From NCBI GenBank assembly GCA_964530825.1, contig CAZHCA010000008.1, positions 27,229 to 91,228 on the forward strand: 64,000 nucleotides of DNA, read 5' to 3'. Every line of letters starts with the position of its first letter. Position 1 is the stretch's first letter. Of this stretch, positions 1-7,817 are shown piece by piece. The position numbers and the translations under genes were made by a program. A model generated the notes under the pieces. The model saw only the letters and a list, made by a program, of their open reading frames with translations. It was not told the origin of the DNA and did no database searches. The DNA comes from an uncultured Saprospiraceae bacterium (GTDB lineage: Bacteria > Bacteroidota > Bacteroidia > Chitinophagales > Saprospiraceae).

Positions 1-1
1 C

Positions 2-880
2 ATGGAAGATAGTGAACAGGCGCTGGCGCAGGAAAAGGAAGCCGAGTTGGCGGCGACGAGGCGGCGGCTGCGGGTGGTGCGGGGGCTGCTGGCGGTAGCG
101 GTATTGGGACTGTTGGCAGCGGGGTATTTTTATTGGGATGCGAATGAGCAACGGGCAGAGGCGGAGGTAGCAAAGAAGGAGACACAGCAGGCTTTGGGCA
201 AGGCAAATACACTGATTGATGCCTTTTATTTTTATGCGGGGCGGTTTGCTTTGGCATATGGGGAGAAAGATGGCAATGAAGCCTTCTATTTCATTGACAA
301 AAACGGAAATGAAGTTAAGAAACTAGGACGCTGGCAGAAAGCAGAGCAATTCGATGACTCCGGCTTTGCCAAAGTGGTAAATCGAGGAACAAACTACCTA
401 CTGGACACCATAGGGCACACCTACCACGTCGCTTACCGCCTAGAGGACTTGAACGCAGATGTAAGTGCTTTGGACCTGCGAGACATAGAGTTGAATGCCT
501 TCCCCAAAGAAGCATTAGCGCATCCGCAACTGCAGGTGTTGTTGCTGGAAGGGAATCTTTTTCACCAAAACAATTTTCGTACTTTACCATCTGCCATTCA
601 ACGCCTTTCCAGCCTGCACGTGCTTTACTTGAGAGACTGCCAAATTCGCAGTCTGCCCCCAGAAATCGGGCAACTCACCAGCTTAACTGCGCTGGATTTG
701 GAGAGCAATGACCTGACGAGCCTGCCCCCAGAAATCGGACAACTCACCAGCTTAACTACGCTGGATTTGGAGAGCAATGACCTGACGAGCCTGCCCCCAG
801 AAATCACCCAGTTGACCAACCTTAGCAAGCTGATTTTGGATGGCAATGACCTGACGAGCTTACCCTCCGAAATCGGGTAA
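2..880 (+). CDS. Leucine-rich-repeat (LRR) protein, upstream segment (5' end off-window); frame closed by an in-frame TAA at 878-880
   Basis: Open from the window edge. Hydrophobic helix LLAVAVLGLLAAGYFYW, then WG-type repeats (FYFIDKNGNEVKKLGRWQKAEQF), then 23-aa LRR units NDLTSLPPEIGQLTSLTxLDL. Same reading frame as ORF 905-2908. Confidence 0.8.
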   Translation: MEDSEQALAQEKEAELAATRRRLRVVRGLLAVAVLGLLAAGYFYWDANEQRAEAEVAKKETQQALGKANTLIDAFYFYAGRFALAYGEKDGNEAFYFIDKNGNEVKKLGRWQKAEQFDDSGFAKVVNRGTNYLLDTIGHTYHVAYRLEDLNADVSALDLRDIELNAFPKEALAHPQLQVLLLEGNLFHQNNFRTLPSAIQRLSSLHVLYLRDCQIRSLPPEIGQLTSLTALDLESNDLTSLPPEIGQLTSLTTLDLESNDLTSLPPEITQLTNLSKLILDGNDLTSLPSEIG

Positions 881-2830
881 CTCACCAGCTTAACTACGCT
901 GGATTTGGATGGCAATGACCTGACGAGCCTGCCCCCAGAAATCACCCAGTTGACCAACTTGACCGAGTTGAATTTGGGGAGTTATCTTTTCACTCATTTG
1001 CAGTTGACAAGCCTACCCCCCGAAATCGGGCAACTCAAGAACTTAACCACTCTAACACTGAATTTTAGTAACCTCATGAGCCTGCCCCCAGAAATCGGGC
1101 AACTCAAGAACTTAACCACTCTAACACTGAATTTCAGTAACCTCACGAGCCTGCCCCCAGAAATCGGGCAGTTGACCAACTTGACCGAGCTGGAGTTGGC
1201 TGTCAACGGTCTGAGCAGCCTGCCCCCAGAAATCACCCAGTTGACCAACTTAACCAAGTTGCTTTTAGGGGGTAACCATCTGAGCAGCCTACCCCCCGAA
1301 ATCACCCAGTTGACCAACTTGACCGAGTTGTTTCTGGAGTCCGGTCGGATGAGGAGTTTACCGCCCGATATCGGGCAGTTGACTAACTTGACCGGGCTGG
1401 TTTTACATGAAAACGAACTGAAAGACCTGCCCCCCGAAATCGGGCAGTTGAACAACTTGGTCGTGCTGTCTTTGAGGGGCAATCAACTGAGGAGCCTGCC
1501 CCCCGAAATCGGGCAGTTGACTAACTTGACCGGGCTACTTTTGAGGGGCAACCAACTGAGGAGCCTGCCCTCCGAAATCGGGCAGTTGAACAACTTGACC
1601 GAGTTGAATTTGAAAGACAATGACCTGACGAGCCTAACCCCCGAAATCGGGCAGTTGAACAACTTGGTCGAGCTAGATTTGAGGGGCAACCAACTGAGGA
1701 GCCTGCCCCCCGAAATCGGGCAGTTGGTAAACCTCGCGGAGCTAGATCTGCGTAATACTTTAATTCCGCCTTCGGAACATGAAAAAGTGAAAGCCCTATT
1801 GCCAAATTGTACTATTGAATATGACTCAACCAGCTTGGATTTGTCGTACAAAGGCCTGACGAGCCTGCCCCCCGAAATCGGGCAACTCAACAACTTGATC
1901 AGGCTGAATTTGAGCGGCAACCAATTGAGGAGCCTGCCACCCGAAATTGGGCAGTTGGTAAACCTTGCGGAGCTAGATCTGCGTAATACTTTAATTCCGC
2001 CTGCGGAACATGAAAAAGTGAAAGCCCTATTGCCAAATTGTACTATTGAATATGACTCAACCAACTTGGGTTTACCAAGCAACCAACTGAGGAGTCTGTC
2101 CCCAGAAATCACGCAACTCACTTACTTAGCGGAGCTGAATTTGAGAGGCAATGACCTGACGAGCCTGCCCCCCGAAATCGGGCAACTCAAGAACTTGACC
2201 AGGCTGAATTTGAGCGGCAACCAATTGAGGAGCCTGCCCCCCGAAATCGGGCAGTTGAACAACTTGACCGAACTGAGGTTGGAGGTCAACCAACTGACAA
2301 GCCTACCCCCAGAAATCGGGCAGATAAACAACTTGGCCGAGCTGGATTTGAGAGGCAATGAACTGAGGAGCCTGCCCCCCGAAATCGGGCAATTGAAAAA
2401 CTTGACCGAACTAGATTTGAGGTACAATCAACTGAGGAGCCTGCCCCCCGAAATCGGGCAATTGAAAAACTTGACCGAACTAGATTTGAGGTACAATCAA
2501 CTGACGAGCCTGCCCCCCGAAATCGGGCAGTTGAAAAACTTGACCGAACTGGGATTGGAGGTCAACCAACTGACAAGCCTACCCCCAGAAATCGGGCAGA
2601 TGAACAACTTGGCCGAACTGGATTTGAGAGGCAATGACCTGAGGAGCCTGCCCCCCGAAATCGGGCAATTGAAAAACTTGACCGAGCTGGGGTTGGAGGT
2701 CAACCAACTGACGAGCCTGCCACCCGAAATCGGGCAGTTGAAAAACCTGACCGAGCTGGATTTGAGGCACAACCAACTGAGGAGCCTGCCACCCGAAATC
2801 GGGCAGTTGAAAAAGTTGGAAGAGCTGAAC
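470..2830 (+). repeat. Tandem 69-bp (23-codon) LRR coding repeats, roughly 30 units, with some neighbouring units almost identical at DNA level
   Basis: For example 1021-1089 vs 1090-1158 and 2385-2453 vs 2454-2522 differ by only a few bases. The GAAATCGGGCA(A/G)(C/T)T core recurs every 69 bp. Confidence 0.9.
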
Positions 2831-2908
2831 TTGGAGGACAACAACTTCTCCAAAGTCGAAAAAGCCCGTATCCTAGAGTGGCTACCGGATTGCAAAGTTA
2901 GATTCTAA
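905..2908 (+). CDS. LRR protein, downstream segment. Probably the 3' two-thirds of one ~970-codon LRR gene split by the nonsense codon at 878-880
   Basis: Same frame as 2-880. No ATG at the start, only TTG at 905. Continuous 23-aa LRR units xLxxLPPEIGQLxNLxxLxLxxN and a C-terminal cap KVEKARILEWLPDCKVRF. Confidence 0.75.
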   Translation: MDGNDLTSLPPEITQLTNLTELNLGSYLFTHLQLTSLPPEIGQLKNLTTLTLNFSNLMSLPPEIGQLKNLTTLTLNFSNLTSLPPEIGQLTNLTELELAVNGLSSLPPEITQLTNLTKLLLGGNHLSSLPPEITQLTNLTELFLESGRMRSLPPDIGQLTNLTGLVLHENELKDLPPEIGQLNNLVVLSLRGNQLRSLPPEIGQLTNLTGLLLRGNQLRSLPSEIGQLNNLTELNLKDNDLTSLTPEIGQLNNLVELDLRGNQLRSLPPEIGQLVNLAELDLRNTLIPPSEHEKVKALLPNCTIEYDSTSLDLSYKGLTSLPPEIGQLNNLIRLNLSGNQLRSLPPEIGQLVNLAELDLRNTLIPPAEHEKVKALLPNCTIEYDSTNLGLPSNQLRSLSPEITQLTYLAELNLRGNDLTSLPPEIGQLKNLTRLNLSGNQLRSLPPEIGQLNNLTELRLEVNQLTSLPPEIGQINNLAELDLRGNELRSLPPEIGQLKNLTELDLRYNQLRSLPPEIGQLKNLTELDLRYNQLTSLPPEIGQLKNLTELGLEVNQLTSLPPEIGQMNNLAELDLRGNDLRSLPPEIGQLKNLTELGLEVNQLTSLPPEIGQLKNLTELDLRHNQLRSLPPEIGQLKKLEELNLEDNNFSKVEKARILEWLPDCKVRF

Positions 2909-3089
2909 CCCCGATCCCCCCATCGGACGGGCATCCATTCCCTTCATCAACCGCCAAATCGCACTCACTAAACTCAATAATTCCATATTTTACCCGAACA
3001 GCCAGAATACGCAAAATAGGCAGCTCCAGTACACCACCATTGCAATCTGCCCGCCGAAGCCAGCAGGCGAAGGAGGGCGCGCCCTAAAC

Positions 3090-3368
3090 AAAGCCTACCG
3101 CAAAGAAAAAGTCCTGCGGGAAGACCTGGATAACTTCAAATCCCAGCTCCACACCCTCTTGGACCGCATCAATACCGACGAGAGCGAGGAAAACGCCAAA
3201 AACCACCTGCGCGACTTCCTCAATGATACCGGCTACAAAGGCCGGCACCTCATCGCCACCAAGGGGCGGGCGGATTTGGTCATCCACAGCGAGCAGAAAG
3301 CGAGCAGCCCGGTGAGCATGCTCTTTGAGGTGAAGCGGCCGCGGGGGAAGGGCAATGCCAAATCGGTG
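3090..3368 (+). pseudogene. 5' remnant of a type IIG restriction-modification enzyme (N-terminal PD-(D/E)xK nuclease domain only)
   Basis: Translation ...LDRINTDESEENAKNHLRDFLNDTGYKGRHLIATKGRADLVIHSEQKASSPVSMLFEVKRP matches the remembered N-terminus of Eco57I/TaqI-like fused RM enzymes (D...E-x-K). Similarity stops at about 3368, and no methylase domain follows. Confidence 0.55.
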
Positions 3369-3682
3369 AGTGTTGACTTGCCATTTTGTCCCACCGCTAC
3401 TGACGCTGCGGTTAGCATAGGTGGGGTCGGAACAAGTTGAAAAAATAGCGCTATTTAATTGTCATCTGTTCCGTTTTCAGGAATTTCTGGACTTGACATT
3501 GTAATAACCCCGCCAATGATTGGAGTCAGAAAAACACATACAAAAAACTTCCAAAATATCCAATCTTCCGTTTTTGACCAGCTTTTGCGATGAGATAGCA
3601 AATAACAAGGTAGACTCCTGTATAGACCCCTATAAGTGGTAATTTCATGCTGTTTGTATTTATTGAAGAAATAAGTCCAATT

Positions 3683-4807
3683 GGCTTTGTTACATGAATC
3701 AGCCTTAGAATAAGAATGGGCTGGAGAGTTGTATCTTTAGTTTCACCTCAAACAAAAGGTCCAATCACCCAGCCCATGTTAAAGATAACAAAGGAAAAGC
3801 AGACCCATGGCGATCAGCCCAAAGAAAAGTATCGGCCCACGAACTGGGCGGCCTACAATCAGGCCTTGGTCAACCGCGGAAGCATCACGATTTAACTTTC
3901 GAAAGAGGCCATCGAAGGCTGGTATGATGACCGCCCGGTACAACGAGGCGGATAATATGTCTACAGCGATCTTTGCATAGAGACCCTATTGATACTAAAA
4001 GTAGTTTTCAAGTTGGCATATCGACAGACGCAAGGCTTTGCCCAGGGTTTATTGAAATCGATGGGATTGGAACTGGAAGTTCCCTGCTACACGTAGATCC
4101 AGCGCCGTTCCAAGACACTGAATATAGAGGCTTTCAACATCCCTCCCGGCGGATCGATCAATACCGTTATCGACTCCACCGGACTGAAAGTATACGGTGA
4201 AGGTGAATGTAAAGTGCATAAGCATGGCTATAGCAAGCGGCGGACCTGGCGCAAATTCCATTTGGGATGTGATCCCCAAACGAGCTTTATCCACTGCTTC
4301 ACCTTGACCGATAGTGCCAGCGATGATGCTTCTCAGTTGGCGCCGCTGCTGGATCAGGTAGAGCCTCAGATCGACGATACTTGTCTGGACGGCGCCTATG
4401 ACACGGAATATTGCTGGGACGAACTCATTGAAAGAGGTATCTGCCCAGTTATTCCGCCTCGCAGGAATGCAGTGGAGTGATATATCGAACAAGAAGGTGA
4501 TTTGAAAGATTATCCGAGGAATAAAGCGATCCGTGAAATTGAAGGCCTGGGCCGCAAGGAATGGAAGGTGCAAAATGGATATCACCGACGAAGTTGATCC
4601 GAAGCAGCCATGTTCCGTTTCAAGACTATCCATGGAAGAATGCTTTACTCGCGAACGATGAAAACTCAACAGACGGAAACCAAAATTAAAGTAAAAACGC
4701 TCAATATAATTACAGCCCAAGGTATGCCTGTGTCAGTGAAAGTGGAGGCTGCCTGAACTAAGAGTTCAATAGCAATTTTGTTTGGAATGTATTCATGCAA
4801 CAAAGCC
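3683..4807 (+). mobile_element. IS5-family (IS903-group) insertion sequence, decayed
   Basis: Terminal inverted repeats GGCTTTGTTACATGAAT (3683-3699) and ATTCATGCAACAAAGCC (4791-4807) match at 16/17. They resemble the IS903 end GGCTTTGTTGAATAAATC. Encloses a transposase frame with in-frame stops. The flanking 9-mers (AGTCCAATT / AGGAATTAC) are not a target-site duplication. Confidence 0.85.
3776..4756 (+). pseudogene. IS903-like DDE transposase with five in-frame stop codons
   Basis: A single frame reads ...RPTNWAAYNQALVNRGSITI*LSKEAIEGWY...VIDSTGLKVYGEGECKVHKHGYSKRRTWRKFHLGCD...DGAYDTEYCWDELIERGICPVIPPRRNAVE*...YHRRS*SEAAMFRFK...AQGMPVSVKVEAA. Stops at 3893-3895, 3953-3955, 4094-4096, 4478-4480 and 4595-4597. 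Collinear with the remembered IS903 transposase. Confidence 0.85.
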
Positions 4808-5034
4808 AGGAATTACCAATAGCCTCAAATGAAAAAATTAATGATCCAATAGTCATCCTAGTCGACCAAATCCTCCACCAAAAGCAGCAAGACCCCACCG
4901 CCGACACCACCGCATTAGAAGCCCAGATCGACCTCCTCGTCTACCGCCTCTACGGGCTGAGCTGGGCGGAGGTGAAGCTGGTGGACCCGGAATTTGAGAT
5001 GAGTGAAGAGGAATATGAGGCGGTTGAGGTTTAA
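4808..5034 (+). pseudogene. 3' remnant of a type IIG RM enzyme (extreme C-terminus)
   Basis: ...ILVDQILHQKQQDPTADTTALEAQIDLLVYRLYGLSWAEVKLVDPEF is the characteristic C-terminal helix pair (ADTxxLExxID-LVYxLYGL) of TaqI/Eco57I-like enzymes. It begins exactly at the right end of the IS. Confidence 0.55.
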
Positions 5035-5045
5035 AACAATAAGAC

Positions 5046-5945
5046 ATGGCCAAAAAGCAATCAAAGACAAAGCAGGTGGCCCTCAAGACGCTGGATGCCG
5101 GTATGCGATACCTGGCCGAGAACGAAGGCGAAGCGCTCGGGCGGGATGTGATCGACCACATCGGAGCAACGGTGGAATTCAACGAGTGGGAAAGCGGGCG
5201 GTATGAAAAGACCGGCTACATCCGCTGGCAGTCGATTATGCACTTCTACACTATCGACCTGGTCAAAGCCGGTTTTTTGCGCAAATCAAAAGGCGTCTGG
5301 ACCCTTACCTCGGAAGGGGAAGAAGTCTATCAGCAAGGTGTAGAAGTCATGCTCGACGAGGCCATCAAGCGCTACCGGGCCTGGAAAGAACAACAGGAAA
5401 AGAATGACGGTTCTGCGGAGGAGAGCAACGATGAGACGCAGGAAAGCTCTTCCCTCCGATTGGAAAAATACGAAGAGGAAGCGGTAGCCGATATACAGGC
5501 TTATATCAAGACCCTTACGCCTTGTGAGTTTCAAGACCTCTGTGGCACCCTGCTGCGGGCGATGGGTTACTACATCCCGCATATTGCTCCGAAAGGCAAA
5601 GACGGCGGCATCGACTTGATTGCCTATTCCGATCCGCTCGGCACCCGTCCGCCGCGCATTAAAGTACAGGTCAAGCATAAGCCGGAGACCGCCATTTCTG
5701 TGGATGTTATCCGGCAGTTGGTCGCTGTACTGAATAAAGAGGGAGATGTGGGGCTGTTTATTACCAGCGGGCGCTTTACTTCCGAATCCGAGCGCTACGC
5801 CCGGGAGTCGCACAAACATGTCGAGTTGATTGACTTCGCTCGCTTAATTGAACTGTGGCAGCAGTTTTATGATAAGATGACGGATCAGGAGAAGGATCAG
5901 CTGCCGCTGCAGCCGGTGTATTTTTTGGGTCCGGTGTCTAAATAA
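5046..5945 (+). CDS. mrr: Mrr-family type IV restriction endonuclease (Mrr_N winged helix + Mrr_cat)
   Basis: C-terminal PD-(D/E)xK core LTPCEFQDLCGTLLRAMGY...GKDGGIDLIAY...IKVQVKHK...GLFITSGRFTSES. N-terminal wHTH GYIRWQSIMHFYTIDLVKAGFL. Confidence 0.85.
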   Translation: MAKKQSKTKQVALKTLDAGMRYLAENEGEALGRDVIDHIGATVEFNEWESGRYEKTGYIRWQSIMHFYTIDLVKAGFLRKSKGVWTLTSEGEEVYQQGVEVMLDEAIKRYRAWKEQQEKNDGSAEESNDETQESSSLRLEKYEEEAVADIQAYIKTLTPCEFQDLCGTLLRAMGYYIPHIAPKGKDGGIDLIAYSDPLGTRPPRIKVQVKHKPETAISVDVIRQLVAVLNKEGDVGLFITSGRFTSESERYARESHKHVELIDFARLIELWQQFYDKMTDQEKDQLPLQPVYFLGPVSK

Positions 5946-6075
5946 AAAGAGCAGTCAGCGACTGCCCGGGGGAATCCTACTTTGGGGGCTGGCTCCATTT
6001 CAAATTCGGTACAGACATAACAAATAATTTGTGACTTCTGTTTCTTGTTTTTTTGGGTTCTATGCTTTTAGTGGT

Positions 6076-6119
6076 TAGTAACTGATCTTTCGCACGCGAA
6101 AGCGAAAGATCAGTTACTA
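6076..6119. repeat. Perfect 18-bp-stem hairpin (TAGTAACTGATCTTTCGC / GCGAAAGATCAGTTACTA, 8-nt loop) lying 1 nt from the IS left end at 6121
   Basis: Arms at 6076-6093 and 6102-6119 are exact reverse complements. Confidence 0.8.
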
Positions 6120-6120
6120 C

Positions 6121-7100
6121 GCAGCTTCCGCACATCGTATATCCCAAAAAGGATAATTAAATTTAGGGCATGGATCCTCAAACCTACTCCAGCAAAAACC
6201 TTGACCATCTGGGCCTGGTGGCCGGGATGCGCCGGGAGATCGGGGTCAGTGAAGTCATCGATCGTTACTGCTATTCCGAGCGGGAAGATCAGATAGTCCC
6301 AACTGGCAAAGCGCTTGAGGCTATGATTCTCAACGGTCTGGGCTTTGTCAATAAACCATTCCTCGGTTTTTCAGCGATAAACCCGTTGAGCGGCTGCTCG
6401 GCCCCGGCATTGAAGCCGAACACCTAAATGATGATCGCCTGGGTCGGGCCCTGGACCAGTTCTACGACACAGGACTGACCACCCTATTCACCCATTTGAG
6501 CCGCCGTACGTTGCAGACTCTGGATTATTTTCCTACTCAGGGCCATCTGGACACCACATCTTTGAGTATTTATGGTCGCTACAACTCCGAGGAAGAAGCG
6601 GTAGCCGAATTGCATGTATAGCAAAGATCACCGGCCGGATCTACCCCAGGTAACCCTGCAGTTGATCGGTGAGCAGCTCAGTGGTATTCCACTGCACCTG
6701 GAAGTGCTCAGCGGCAATAGCAGCGATAGCGACTCCTTTCGCCAGACCATAAAGCCCCTAATATTGTCGCCTCCTCCTTCTTTGTCAAAAAGCCCGAACG
6801 GGTAGCCGCCCTGGTATTTGTCATGGCGGCCGGTCTGTTGGTCTACAGCGCCCTGGAATACCGCACCCGCCAGACCCTAAGCCATGAAGATAAATCCGTG
6901 CCGGATCAAAAGGGCAAGCCCACGCAGCAACCTACGGCGCGTTGGATCTTCCAATTGTTCATAGGCTTGCACGTGCTAAACTTACCGGATGGACAGATCA
7001 TCCTAGTGAATCTCAAGGAAGTACATCGGGATATCCTGTCGCTGTTATCCTACTGGAATTTTTATTCTTGATTTTTGGATATACGATGTGCGGAAGCTGC
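6121..7100 (+). mobile_element. IS1634-family element, internally deleted non-autonomous derivative
   Basis: Perfect 24-bp terminal inverted repeats: GCAGCTTCCGCACATCGTATATCC (6121-6144) and its exact reverse complement (7077-7100). Only 980 bp long, with the transposase N- and C-termini present and the middle missing. Confidence 0.8.
6170..7071 (+). pseudogene. IS1634-family transposase, frameshifted and missing the central DDE region
   Basis: N-terminus KNLDHLGLVAGMRREIGVSEVIDRY...KALEAMILNGLGFVNKP (DUF4277-like). A shifted frame gives ...ERLLGPGIEAEHLNDDRLGRALDQFYDTGLTTLF. C-terminus SFFVKKPERVAALVFVMAAGLLVYSALEYRTRQTL...PTARWIFQLFIGLHVLN. Confidence 0.75.
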
Positions 7101-7111
7101 GAATTAACACA

Positions 7112-7145
7112 CAAAAGTCCTTGAAAATCAAGAACTTTTGTTTTT
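7112..7145 (+). terminator. Intrinsic-terminator-like hairpin plus T-run
   Basis: CAAAAGTCCTTGA-AAA-TCAAGAACTTTTG (12/13 bp paired) followed by TTTTT. Confidence 0.55.
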
Positions 7146-7539
7146 CACCCCCTTCTAACTCGTTTTTCTAACTTATTGATTATCAGCACATAAGCAAATT
7201 GTTTACTTTCAAAATGTGTTCAATTTAGGGGGTCTTACTTTCAAAAGGGAGAGGGTTCAATCCCAGACGAAAAACCTCCTATTTTCCTGATTACCAGTCA
7301 ATAACAAAGACCTTTATGCATCTCACCAAACAATTCCTGTAAAAATGGAGTCCGACTAAGCTTTTTGCAATTCCTCGATTCCAGTCGCCAATGTGTTTTA
7401 ATGTGTTATTTGGTGTTTTGCTGAGGAATATTGAAATTCTCCGGTATATACAAGAAATACTGCTTAGGGCCATCATCGCCGAAAAGCTCCTATCCCTACG
7501 GGGAAGGGGCGTCGACTTTATTTACCCACCAAACCCACC

Positions 7540-7758
7540 TTATGATCCTCCCTTGACCAAATTTACCGTGCCCCCAGGATGATTGTAGGTGTAGCGGTAC
7601 GCCTGGAAGACTCCCGTACCCAACTGCCAGGTAATGGCCCCAATATTACCGTTATATTGCGGGATTAAGCCGCTGATGGCGCAATACTGCCGAATCAGGT
7701 GTTCCTGCTGCCTGTCGATGGTCTGGAAAAAAGGAAGTACATCAAAGCTATTGTTCAC
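7540..7758 (-). pseudogene. Possible N-terminal fragment of an AbiEii/nucleotidyltransferase toxin (truncated after ~72 codons)
   Basis: GTG start. ...DRQQEHLIRQYCAISGLIPQ...VNLVKGGS* resembles the start of DUF1814/AbiEii proteins (...GlxPQ...LKGG...), then stops. No remainder downstream. Confidence 0.35.
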
Positions 7759-7804
7759 TTATTTTATTTGTTCACGAATCGTGAACATCGTATATTTGTG
7801 AACA
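7752..7804. promoter_or_regulatory. Symmetric operator-like array in a divergent promoter: TGTTCAC-N10-TGTTCACGA-A-TCGTGAACA-N10-GTGAACA
   Basis: Half-sites at 7752-7758, 7769-7775, 7781-7787 and 7798-7804. The central 19 bp is a perfect palindrome. Lies between the start codons at 7758 (-) and 7818 (+). Confidence 0.6.
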
Positions 7805-7817
7805 ACCATGTTACGAA

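Noticed and set aside
470-2830. The regular 69-bp repeats could superficially look like a CRISPR array
   Set aside because: There are no unique spacers. The repeats are contiguous, in frame, and translate to canonical LRR units.
3526-3648. Small hydrophobic minus-strand ORF (MKLPLIGVYTGVYLVICYLIAKAGQKRKIGYFGSFLYVFF*, 40 aa) in the AT-rich filler between the RM remnant and the IS
   Set aside because: Short, with no recognisable motif. It could be a real membrane peptide or a fragment, but there is not enough evidence to annotate it.
3893-4597. In-frame TAA/TAG/TGA codons in the IS transposase, and TAA in the LRR gene, as possible stop-codon reassignment or programmed readthrough
   Set aside because: All three stop codons terminate dozens of well-supported neighbouring genes at the expected protein ends, so ordinary nonsense mutation is the simpler explanation.
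3973-4720. ORFs 3973-4200 (+) and 4049-4720 (-) inside the IS
   Set aside because: They are off-frame or antisense relative to the clearly homologous transposase frame, and their translations show no family resemblance.
7203-7264. tRNA-like T-arm string GGGTTCAATCCC (7253-7264) and a duplicated TTACTTTCAAAA (7203-7214, 7235-7246). Possible tRNA fragment or att site
   Set aside because: No acceptor, D or anticodon arms can be drawn, and the T-stem would have only 3 bp. No integrase is nearby. Too weak to call.
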